From Candidatus Omnitrophota bacterium (GTDB taxonomy: Bacteria; Omnitrophota; Gorgyraeia; Zapsychrales; Fredricksoniimonadaceae), in assembly GCA_015232565.1 (NCBI GenBank), contig JADFZK010000007.1, positions 664 through 64,663 on the forward strand: DNA of 64,000 nt, written 5' to 3'. The number at the start of each line of letters is the position of its first letter. The first letter of the stretch is position 1. Both the position numbers and the translations under genes were made by a program. The notes beneath the pieces were generated by a model. It made no database searches. It saw only the letters and a list, made by a program, of their open reading frames with translations, and was not told the DNA's origin. This document shows positions 1-8,743 of the stretch, piece after piece.

Positions 1-305
1 ATAGCGGCGAGGAAATATTTGATTAACCGTGAGGATTCTTCCGGCAGTGAATAACCTTGATCATTACCCGCGCCATCACCTTGGTCGAGAATATAATCAA
101 GCCGAAAAGGATTGTCGGGATAGACCTTAACGCCCTTTAGCAAAGGAGGAGCAAAAGCCGCGCTTAAAGCCACCCTGGAGCCAGGAGCCGACAGCGCAAC
201 GACATTCTGACAATACGAAGAACCAGCCGATCCCAGGGCAAAAACAACCGCCATGAGCCCGGAAAGGACCTTCTTCAAAAGATACCAACGCCCGGCTTTA
301 CTCAT
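1..305 (-). CDS. Partial CDS (N-terminal ~101 aa; runs off the window edge) for a hypothetical secreted protein. The ATG is at 305-303 and is preceded by a GGGGAG RBS.
   Basis: My own translation of the reverse strand gives MSKAGRWYLLKKVLSGLMAVVFALGSAGSSYCQNVVALSAPG..., a signal-peptide-like N-terminus. The frame stays open to position 1. Confidence 0.4.
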   Translation of the reverse strand, partial: MSKAGRWYLLKKVLSGLMAVVFALGSAGSSYCQNVVALSAPGSRVALSAAFAPPLLKGVKVYPDNPFRLDYILDQGDGAGNDQGYSLPEESSRLIKYFLAA

Positions 306-390
306 ATACTCCCCTCAAAGGCAATTCAATCCAACAGCCCATGTTGAGAGTATATAATACTATTTACTACATTGCCAATTACTGGCCTGA

Positions 391-1008
391 CTACTGCGCG
401 AAGCCGGTCAGGAACTTCTGGATCTCTGCCTTGGCCTGACCCAGGATGTCGGACTCTTTTTCCGGATAACGGTTTATACCGGCGCCAGTCACCGCTTCAA
501 CCGCGAAGCCCATAAAACTCAGATGCAGTTTGCTTAAAGGCACACTATGGTCCATCCCAGCCAGGTCGCCGGCATAGGCACCACCGCTGGTCGAGATTAT
601 CAAAGCTTTACGGTTTTTCATTAACCCGGCGTAACCACCCTGGGCAAAATCCCAGGTCTTGCCCTTTTGCATAACGGAATCGAACCAGGCTTTTACTATG
701 GCCGGCTGGGAGAAATTGTACATCGGATAAGCCACCACCGCCAGATCAGCCGCCATCAGCTGGGCGGTCATAGCATCCATCTTTTTAAGCTGGGCCAGAT
801 CCTTGCCGGCCAGTTTCTCGCCCATATAATTCCGTCGATAATACGAAGCCAGGCGCTCGGGAGTCAAAAGATCCGGGACCTCTTTGGCCAAATCCAGGAC
901 CTCAACCACAGCCTTCTTTGATTTAAGAAAACCAACAGCATACTCCACCAGCTGTCTGGTACGCGAACGCTCGCCGCGCGGACAATAACTGACTATTAAA
1001 GCTTTCAT
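391..1008 (-). CDS. azoR: FMN-dependent NADH-azoreductase (AzoR / ACP phosphodiesterase family)
   Basis: MKALIVSYCPRGERSRTRQLVEY... is a typical flavodoxin-like azoreductase N-terminus, about 205 aa. A GGAGG RBS lies 7 nt upstream of the ATG at 1008. The annotated ORF extends 14 codons further upstream, probably spuriously. Confidence 0.7.
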   Translation of the reverse strand: MKALIVSYCPRGERSRTRQLVEYAVGFLKSKKAVVEVLDLAKEVPDLLTPERLASYYRRNYMGEKLAGKDLAQLKKMDAMTAQLMAADLAVVAYPMYNFSQPAIVKAWFDSVMQKGKTWDFAQGGYAGLMKNRKALIISTSGGAYAGDLAGMDHSVPLSKLHLSFMGFAVEAVTGAGINRYPEKESDILGQAKAEIQKFLTGFAQ

Positions 1009-1074
1009 AATAACCTCCGAAGAATTGATTAGCTCCCCACAACCCGTCAATCTGACAAGCCAATAACAAACTCG

Positions 1075-1740
1075 TTAAATTTTAACCGCCTGGATCCGCG
1101 CCCATTCCTCAACTGAATAATCCGGCCGGTCGGCCAGGCCGGAATCCAGGATCTTGCCCTGTAAATTGCCACGTCGCACATGATACGGCTGGCTGGACCC
1201 AAGCAAACTGCCAATATCCACAATGTCGCGATCGTCAACCAGGCCTTTCAGGGCAGTGGTCCGAAACTCGTACTCGACTCCGGCCGCTTTTATAACTGCA
1301 ATCGATGTTTTTATCGCCTCTAAGTCGACCTCAACCCCGCTAGCCTTACAATAATTGGCCAAAGAAGATTTTATATCCATAGCCCAATAATCCACCAACC
1401 GGGCCTCCGCCAGCTTGCGCACCACATCGGGACGAGAACCATTGGTATCCAGTTTCACCAGATAACCCAGGGCCTTGATCCTGGCCAGGAATTCCGGCAG
1501 ATCAGGATGCAAAGTGGGCTCTCCCCCGGTCACCACTATCCCCTGAAGCTGTCCGCGCCGCTTCTCTAAAAAAACGAAGACCTCTTCCACGCCCAGAGGA
1601 GCGTGAAAGAGGTCCGGCAGGACAAGTTCCGGGTTATGGCAGAAAGGACAGCGGAAATTGCACCCCTGGGTGAAAAGTACCGCCGCCAGCCTGCCGGGAT
1701 AATCGATCAATGTGAACTTGAGCAAGCCCCCGAGGAGCAT
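1075..1740 (-). CDS. nrdG: Anaerobic ribonucleoside-triphosphate reductase activating protein (radical SAM)
   Basis: GCNFRCPFCHNPELV is the CxxxCxxC radical SAM motif in the NrdG context. The gene lies immediately downstream of nrdD and overlaps it. Confidence 0.8.
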   Translation of the reverse strand: MLLGGLLKFTLIDYPGRLAAVLFTQGCNFRCPFCHNPELVLPDLFHAPLGVEEVFVFLEKRRGQLQGIVVTGGEPTLHPDLPEFLARIKALGYLVKLDTNGSRPDVVRKLAEARLVDYWAMDIKSSLANYCKASGVEVDLEAIKTSIAVIKAAGVEYEFRTTALKGLVDDRDIVDIGSLLGSSQPYHVRRGNLQGKILDSGLADRPDYSVEEWARIQAVKI

Positions 1741-3836
1741 ACGTTATACGTCTTTCTTTGGAGAAACTCGGCTTTCTTGCCGTTATTCCACTGGCTGACC
1801 GGCCGCAAATAACCCACGATCCTGGAATACACCTCGGTCTCGTTAGCGCAGGTCGGACAGTTCTGATGTTCACCGGCAATATACCCGCAAGCCGGACAAA
1901 CGCTGAACGTAGGCGATATCGTAAAATAAGGCAGTGAATATTTCTCGCACACCGTGCGCACGAAGTTCTTTACCGCGTCGGTATTATCGATACGCTCACC
2001 TACGAAGACATGGATAACCGTACCTCCGGTATACTTTGCCTGCAAGGAATCCTGATGATCAAAGAGCTCAAAAATATCATCCGTATGATGCACCGGCAAA
2101 TGGGTGGAATTGGAATAGAACGGATCCCCGCCCGCGGCTTCCTGCGGGCAATCACGCTTGAGGTCCGGATACATTTCCTTATCCATCCGGGCCAGACGAT
2201 AGGTTACCCCCTCGGCCGGTGTAGCTTCCAGGTTATAATTGCTTCCGGTCTCTTCCTGGAACTTAATGAGCACCTTGCGCATAAAGTCCAAAGTATCTTC
2301 CGCGAACTTCTTGCCTTTAGGCGTGGAAATGTTCTCGCCCAGGAAATTCACACAACATTCATTCATACCCACCAGGCCGATGGTCGAAAAATGGTTCTTC
2401 CAGTACTGGCCGAAACGGGAGCGCATGGTGCGCAGATAAAACTTCATGTACGGATAAAGGTTATCGTCGGTGAACGTTTCAAGGATCTTACGCTTGATCT
2501 CCAGGCTCTCCTTGGCCAGGATCATCTGATGCTCCAGCGAGGCGTAAAAAGTCTCTTCATTCTTGCAAACATAACCCAAACGCGGCATGTTAATGGTAAC
2601 TACACCGATAGACCCGGTTAAAGGCGCCGCGCCGAACAAACCACCGCCACGCGCATTCAGCTGGCGATTGTCTATACGCAGACGACAGCACATACTGCGG
2701 GCATCGTCGGGACTCATGTCGGAGTTGATGTAGTTGGTAAAGTAGGGGATCCCGTATTTACCGGCCATATCCCACAGGGGCTTGAGCTCCGGATTATCCC
2801 AGTCGAAATCCTTGGTGATATTGTACGTCGGGATCGGGAAGGTGAAAACCCGGCCCTTGGCATCGCCCTCGAGCATAACCTCGAGGAAAGCTTTATTGAA
2901 CATATCCATTTCGGTCTGAAATTCGCTATAGGTCTTTTCCTGTACCTCTCCGCCCACGATCACGCCCTTATCCTTGTAATAGGTCGGCACCCGGACGTCC
3001 ATGGTAACATTGGTGAACGGGGTCTGGAAACCCACCCGCGTCGGAACATTAACATTGAACAGGAACTCCTGCAAAGCCTGACGGACCTCTTTATACGAAA
3101 GATTGTCAAAATGGATGAACGGCGCCAGCAAGGTATCGAAATTCGAGAAAGCCTGGGCTCCGGCCGCTTCGCCCTGAAGAGTATAAAAGAAATTAACTAC
3201 CTGGCCCAAAGCCGAACGGAAATGCTTGGCCGGACGGGATTCCGCCTTACCGGAAGCGCCTTGAAAGCCCTGCAGTAAAAGGTCGTACAGGTCCCAACCC
3301 ACGCAATACACGCTAATACTGCCCAGGTCATGAATATGCTGGTCGCCATTGCTGTGCGCGTCACGGATCTCGAGGGGATAAACCTTGTTCAACCAGTAAG
3401 CCTGGGAGATCTCGGAAGAAATATAATGGTTAAGCCCCTGGAGGGAATACGCCATATTGGAATTCTCTTTTACCTTCCAGTCGCGGCGGGCCAGGTATTT
3501 GTCTACCAGGTCCACATTGAACATGGAAGTTATTTCACGCGAACGGGAACGCTGGTCGCGGTAAATAACATAAGCTTTGGCAGTCTGTTTATAGGGAGAA
3601 GTGAGCAGGACTTCTTCTACTATATCCTGGATCCCTTCTACCGTGGGCAGGCGCTTGCTATATACCTGAAGCGCCAGGTTCAACACCCGGATAGTTAACT
3701 TATGCGCCGCATCCTCGCCAAACTCGCCGGTAACCTGCCCCGCTTTAAAAAGGGCCTTGGTTATCTTTTCGGAATCAAAATCAACTTCGGCCCCATTACG
3801 TTTTACGATCTTGGTGAAAATTTCCGTGGTATGCAC
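1707..3836 (-). CDS. nrdD: Anaerobic ribonucleoside-triphosphate reductase (class III RNR, glycyl radical enzyme)
   Basis: A 709-aa protein with a C-terminal CPACGY...NCPTC zinc ribbon plus the glycyl-radical region (SRIVGYLRPVSQWNNGK). It has an ATP-cone-like N-terminus. Confidence 0.9.
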   Translation of the reverse strand: MHTTEIFTKIVKRNGAEVDFDSEKITKALFKAGQVTGEFGEDAAHKLTIRVLNLALQVYSKRLPTVEGIQDIVEEVLLTSPYKQTAKAYVIYRDQRSRSREITSMFNVDLVDKYLARRDWKVKENSNMAYSLQGLNHYISSEISQAYWLNKVYPLEIRDAHSNGDQHIHDLGSISVYCVGWDLYDLLLQGFQGASGKAESRPAKHFRSALGQVVNFFYTLQGEAAGAQAFSNFDTLLAPFIHFDNLSYKEVRQALQEFLFNVNVPTRVGFQTPFTNVTMDVRVPTYYKDKGVIVGGEVQEKTYSEFQTEMDMFNKAFLEVMLEGDAKGRVFTFPIPTYNITKDFDWDNPELKPLWDMAGKYGIPYFTNYINSDMSPDDARSMCCRLRIDNRQLNARGGGLFGAAPLTGSIGVVTINMPRLGYVCKNEETFYASLEHQMILAKESLEIKRKILETFTDDNLYPYMKFYLRTMRSRFGQYWKNHFSTIGLVGMNECCVNFLGENISTPKGKKFAEDTLDFMRKVLIKFQEETGSNYNLEATPAEGVTYRLARMDKEMYPDLKRDCPQEAAGGDPFYSNSTHLPVHHTDDIFELFDHQDSLQAKYTGGTVIHVFVGERIDNTDAVKNFVRTVCEKYSLPYFTISPTFSVCPACGYIAGEHQNCPTCANETEVYSRIVGYLRPVSQWNNGKKAEFLQRKTYNVCSSGACSSSH

Positions 3837-3879
3837 TTTTTACCCCCTGTAGATGAAAAAATGATGGATGATGACAGGT

Positions 3880-4683
3880 TTATTCATTATATCTACCATG
3901 ACGCCGGACGGTTGCCGCAGCATCAAATGGTTTATACTCTTTCTTTTCTTCTTCATACACTGAAAGCACTGGCAATCCGGACGCCACAAAGATCCTCTTT
4001 ATAGCTGACATTTCTCCCACGCTCAAAGGCGGTAGCGCACTGGGCCGCAAGGGCGTATTTAAATGCACTTCGTCAGGCGCGATATCACGTGCAATTTGCG
4101 CCATTTGAGTCGCGCTGGACTGGTTGTAACTTACAAACATCATTTGCAAAGCCAGCTTCCCCTTGTAGATCTTGCGGAACGCTTTTATACCCTCAACTAT
4201 TTTTGCCAAAGTGATCCCCGGAGCCGGGCGATTGACCTGCTGAAAAACCGCCTCATCAGCCGCATCAAGTTTAAAAAGCACCAGATCCGCCAAGGCCAGA
4301 TCAGACTGCACATCTTTTTGGGTAATAGTGGCCGAATTAGTGATGACCGCAACTTTGTTAGGCGAAGCTTGGCGGGCCGCTTTAATAAGGTCCGCCAGAT
4401 TGGCAGCCAACGTGGGCTCGCCGTTACCGGAGAATGTAAGGTAATCAATGCGGCAATCCGCCGGTAAGGACAGTATCTCGGCCGTCAGATCGGCCGGCAA
4501 AATAAAATTCCGGCGCTCTATGCCATATTCCTGAGCCGCTCCCAACTGACAATAAGGGCAGGCAAAACTACAATATTTACCACTGTGGGAAAGAGGGTCT
4601 ATTCCCAGCGACATCCCCATCCGCCAGGAATAAACTGGACCGTAAATATGCTTGAAGGTTAAACCAGACATTAACGCGCTCAT
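3880..4683 (-). CDS. Radical SAM domain protein of unknown specific function
   Basis: The CSFACPYCQLG CxxxCxxC motif is preceded by YGPVYSWRMGMSLGIDP (COG0731-like signature), followed by a TIM-barrel-like SAM-binding region (FSGNGEPTL). Confidence 0.6.
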   Translation of the reverse strand: MSALMSGLTFKHIYGPVYSWRMGMSLGIDPLSHSGKYCSFACPYCQLGAAQEYGIERRNFILPADLTAEILSLPADCRIDYLTFSGNGEPTLAANLADLIKAARQASPNKVAVITNSATITQKDVQSDLALADLVLFKLDAADEAVFQQVNRPAPGITLAKIVEGIKAFRKIYKGKLALQMMFVSYNQSSATQMAQIARDIAPDEVHLNTPLRPSALPPLSVGEMSAIKRIFVASGLPVLSVYEEEKKEYKPFDAAATVRRHGRYNE

Positions 4684-4995
4684 TAAGAGGAATACAGCTA
4701 TAAATGTTAAAAATTGCCTAAAGGCTCAGCACCAGACTGCAACTACATATTGTTGTTAACCAGCAATCACGACACAACATATAGTACCTCTGGCGCCTGG
4801 TTTGTCAAGAATCTTTATAAAGTTTTTTGGATTATTTTTTACTCCCGGTAAGCGCAACACAATGATGATAGTCCACCCACCTGAGGGCTGTCAATCCCTA
4901 TTCGTCCGTCGGAGAAAAGTGTTGCAGGCCCACTTAGACCCAGCCGCGGCGTCGGGAGGTAAAATGGGCAAAGAACTAAGCTACCCAAAATACTT

Positions 4996-7900
4996 TTACG
5001 GCGTTCGCACAGGCCGGGTAGTTGCCGGAGATCGTGTTCCGGGCGTTGAACCAGTTGCCGCCGGTACCGGCACCGAAGCCGTGGCGGGCCGCGTTACCGT
5101 CGGAACCGTTACTGGAGTGGCAACCGCACTCGCTGACGGCGCCGGACTAGCAGTATTGGCCATTACCCTGGTAACCGGCGTTGGCCTGGTTACTGGCGTG
5201 ATCTTCCGCACCGTATCCACTGTGATCGTATCCTCATACACCGTTGAAATGTTTCCGGCGGCATCCTTAAACCGGGCATACACAGTTTTGGAGCCCTCGC
5301 CCTCCGGTAAAGTCCACTGTTTAAATAAAGAAAAATCTTCCCAAGGCGTCGTAAACACCCGTTCATTTGAAAATTGCATTTGCGCGCCCAAACCCATCCC
5401 GCTACCCATGTCGGAAGCCTGGGGATTTAACGCCACATAACGACTGGCGGTTATAGGCGCACCGGTATTGATCGAAATATTTCCTTTAGGAGGCACATTG
5501 TCAAACATGATCGAACAAAAAACCGGCCAGGACCACTTGCCATCCGCCCGCATAAAACGCGCCGCCACGTTCTTTAGACCATTGTCGCCGAGCGTCCAGG
5601 CCTTGCTGTTTTTATAAGGTTCAGCCGGCGACCAAACCGTGCCGTCGGCCGACAATTGCATTTGCGTTATAGCCTGGGAACTGGCCGCCGCCAAGGTAAG
5701 GATCACTTGAGAACTTTTAACATATTGCGCTCCGCTTTCCACACTTAGCGAGCCGATAACCGGATCCATATCGGACATATAGACCTCCCCAACCGGATCC
5801 ACACTCATGCCATCGCCGGAATCTTCCCATACCACCAGGCTCCCGGAAATTGCCGGATTGATCTGCTTGCCGGGAAGCTTCACGATCGCCGACTCCTTAT
5901 CTTTAAGCAGATCGGAAATATAAATATCCCAATCGCCATTGCGCTCATCCTGCCAAACCACCGCGGTCCCGCTCAGAGCCACCTTCTGCATATCCATGGC
6001 CTCATATGATTCCGTGGTCAACGTTTTAGTTTGCCAACCGGAAGCCTTACCTCGCCAGTAAATCTCGGAAGAGTACCCTTTGGTCCACACAGAATTACCG
6101 TCGTCAACAACAATTGAATCAAAAGAATTTAGACCGCCTGCCATCCCGATCGCTGGACTGATCTCGCCATTTACATCAATATTCATACCAAAAGCCAGCA
6201 AAACAAAACCAGCATATGGGGGCGTCCCAACCCACGCAATATCCTCACCGGAGATATCCAAATTAATTATCCACCCTTGGGTATATATATTCTGCTCTCC
6301 ATTGATCTTTTCCAAATCATTCCAATACATTCCACCTTGATCCCAATCAGTATACACAGCCCTGTTACCGTCAATTCGTGGCAAACCGCAATTTATACAA
6401 TTCTGGGACAGCTTGCGTGTTTCTCTTTTAATAATATCGTAAACGAACACACTGCCATTGGAATCATTGCCATCTTGCCATACGATCCTGTCTCCAGAGA
6501 TATCCGGGGCCCCCTGCCATTGCGGCCCGGCGGTAACCTGACGCTCTTCACCGGTATTCAGGTCCAGCATATACACATCAGCATTGTTATTACGGTTATC
6601 CTCCCACACAATACGCCTTCCGGAAACCCGGGGACTATGTTTAACCGACCTGTCCATTGAAACTCGACTGAACAACCGGGAAACAGTAACACTCAAAGTC
6701 TTGGTCTTAACAAAAGACCCCACCGTCATAGTTAACGTTAACTGGATCTTGCGGTCAATCGGGCAATTGGGCGCAATAATAAAAGTCAACAGGGCATTCG
6801 CATTATCAACCAATTTACCCGCCGGAACATAAGGCAACTCGGCACGCGCCACACCCAAAGTGACATACGGATCCGCAGAACTCAGCCCCAGGAGAACATT
6901 GCGTACCTCGCCAGCCGGCGCCTGGAGTTTAACCTTAACGCCCACCAGCTCACCGGGCTGAACACGTCCGTCCATATTACCCGCCAGGTCCGGCATTTCA
7001 TAGCGCGCCAAATATACCGGAGCAATCTTCGCCGGATCAACAGCTTGTGCAGCATTCAAGCGGCCTTTACCAGGCACACTTGCCGGATCAGCGGTATCTT
7101 CAATAATGGCTTTAACCACCTCCGGATAAAGATCCGGATACTTAGCCAGTAGCAAGGCGGCCACCCCGCTCACATGCGGCGCGGCCATCGATGTCCCCTG
7201 ATAAGAAACATACCTCATTGTGCCCGCCTGCAAAGACAAAGTCCCGGTCCCTGGCGCCGAAACAGACACCAGATCGCCGATGTTCGAAAATGAGGCCGTC
7301 TTGTCCATAACATCGCTGGCGGCAACAGTGATAACTTCCGGCATGTTTTGCGGACTATAATCTTTGACATCCTTACCATTATCATTGCCCGCGGCAAGAA
7401 CCACCACGGAACCCAAACCCACCGCGGTGCGGACCGCCGCTTCCACCACCGGGTCGGAAGGGCACGCGCCTACGCACGACCAGCTATTATTGATCACATC
7501 CGCCCCTTGTTCCGCGGCATACACAATTCCCGCCGCCAGGTCGGAGACATAACCGGTGCCATCATCTGCCAGACTCTTCACCGGCATGATCTTCGCCAAA
7601 GGGGCAACTCCAATAACGCCAGTGGCATTATTGCCAACAGCGCAAATAGTCCCGGCCACATGAGTGCCATGCCCATAAATATCTATAGTGTTACTGCTCC
7701 AACCCTCATAGTTCCACCCAAAAACGTCATCTACCAGCCCGTTGCCATCATCATCCTTATTGTTGCCGGGGATCTCGTTGGGATTGCTCCAGACATTAGC
7801 CGAAATATCCGGATGGTTAATATCCACACCCGAATCTACTACCGCTATTACGACACCCTCACCTTTGGTTATATCCCAAGCCAAGGGGGCCGAAATCTTC

Positions 7901-8463
7901 TCCATTCCCCACAAGGAATGATCCTTGAAGAAAGGATCGTCCGGTAACCAGTTAGCCTTAACCCGATAATCCGGCTGAACATATTCCACACTCGAATCCC
8001 GGCGATATTCTTTTACCGCCTCAGCAATGTCGGCCTTTGGATCAAACTCCATAAGATAAACGTTATTCATGGGTTCAAAGCCCGCAGGAATATTTCGGGC
8101 CCGGCGTTTGGGTGAACTGCGGTACTTAAACTTCGCCGGATCTAACTTTGCGGTTACCCTCCGCATCCCTTTAAAGTTGAACTTTTTATGAGCGGGCTCA
8201 AGAGATAATGGCATCTTGAAATTAGACCGCTTAGAAAATGTCCTGGCTACGCCTTTCCTGGCCACTGCACTAGCCGCTGGCGCCACTTCCTGCACCAACC
8301 CTTCCCTGAACTTGATAATTAACCGCCCGGGAGCATACGCAGCCCTAAGCGCCGCTTTCTTTGCCGGCTGAAAGCTGGCCTTTGCCTTGGGCACTGGCAT
8401 TGCCCCGATACTGCCAACCGCGATTGCCAGAACACCCAGGATGATCACAATTTTATTGCGCAT
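4996..8463 (-). CDS. Secreted multidomain S8 (subtilisin-like) serine peptidase. Domain order: signal peptide, I9-like propeptide, catalytic domain, beta-sandwich, 7-bladed beta-propeller, 2 Ig-like repeats, Pro/Thr-rich tail.
   Basis: The catalytic triad motifs VVDSGVD (Asp), HGTHVAGT (His) and GTSMAAPHVSG (Ser) are present, with AAGNDN as the oxyanion Asn. The signal peptide is MRNKIVIILGVLAIAVGSIGA, and PGRLIIKFREG is the inhibitor-I9-like propeptide. There are seven (I/V)(V/A)W...D(I/V)Y propeller blades. A GGGGAGG RBS sits before the ATG. Confidence 0.85.
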   Translation of the reverse strand: MRNKIVIILGVLAIAVGSIGAMPVPKAKASFQPAKKAALRAAYAPGRLIIKFREGLVQEVAPAASAVARKGVARTFSKRSNFKMPLSLEPAHKKFNFKGMRRVTAKLDPAKFKYRSSPKRRARNIPAGFEPMNNVYLMEFDPKADIAEAVKEYRRDSSVEYVQPDYRVKANWLPDDPFFKDHSLWGMEKISAPLAWDITKGEGVVIAVVDSGVDINHPDISANVWSNPNEIPGNNKDDDGNGLVDDVFGWNYEGWSSNTIDIYGHGTHVAGTICAVGNNATGVIGVAPLAKIMPVKSLADDGTGYVSDLAAGIVYAAEQGADVINNSWSCVGACPSDPVVEAAVRTAVGLGSVVVLAAGNDNGKDVKDYSPQNMPEVITVAASDVMDKTASFSNIGDLVSVSAPGTGTLSLQAGTMRYVSYQGTSMAAPHVSGVAALLLAKYPDLYPEVVKAIIEDTADPASVPGKGRLNAAQAVDPAKIAPVYLARYEMPDLAGNMDGRVQPGELVGVKVKLQAPAGEVRNVLLGLSSADPYVTLGVARAELPYVPAGKLVDNANALLTFIIAPNCPIDRKIQLTLTMTVGSFVKTKTLSVTVSRLFSRVSMDRSVKHSPRVSGRRIVWEDNRNNNADVYMLDLNTGEERQVTAGPQWQGAPDISGDRIVWQDGNDSNGSVFVYDIIKRETRKLSQNCINCGLPRIDGNRAVYTDWDQGGMYWNDLEKINGEQNIYTQGWIINLDISGEDIAWVGTPPYAGFVLLAFGMNIDVNGEISPAIGMAGGLNSFDSIVVDDGNSVWTKGYSSEIYWRGKASGWQTKTLTTESYEAMDMQKVALSGTAVVWQDERNGDWDIYISDLLKDKESAIVKLPGKQINPAISGSLVVWEDSGDGMSVDPVGEVYMSDMDPVIGSLSVESGAQYVKSSQVILTLAAASSQAITQMQLSADGTVWSPAEPYKNSKAWTLGDNGLKNVAARFMRADGKWSWPVFCSIMFDNVPPKGNISINTGAPITASRYVALNPQASDMGSGMGLGAQMQFSNERVFTTPWEDFSLFKQWTLPEGEGSKTVYARFKDAAGNISTVYEDTITVDTVRKITPVTRPTPVTRVMANTASPAPSASAVATPVTVPTVTRPATASVPVPAATGSTPGTRSPATTRPVRTP

Positions 8464-8743
8464 AAAGCCTCCCCTATGGTTACGCCAGCCAACAATACAT
8501 TAAAAGTGTAACACATGAAAACTCATAAACACAGGCCGCCAGGCGCACTTCGTGAAAACGCTTTCCGGACGACAATATCGACGAGACATAAACCAGGCGC
8601 TTTTATTTATTTTCAAAAAATAAAATAATTCGTACGGGATTTAGGAAATAATCGGCTGGTAACTTCTTTAATATGACGAAGCCTGGGGCTTGTACAAGCG
8701 CCTGGATCGGCTGGCGTTTGGCGTTAATGGTGCGGACTCACTT

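Noticed and set aside
1603-1879. Short ORFs overlapping the nrdD/nrdG junction (69 and 81 aa)
   Set aside because: They are out-of-frame overlaps of the well-supported nrdD 3' end and nrdG 5' end. I treat them as artefacts.
4802-5440. Plus-strand ORFs of 212 and 172 aa (also 8673..9191 and many of 80-260 aa inside 5000-15900) antisense to the subtilase genes
   Set aside because: These are shadow ORFs of high-GC coding sequence on the opposite strand. Their products are low-complexity (V/G/T/A or R/H-rich), and the sense-strand proteins have clear S8 homology and RBSs.
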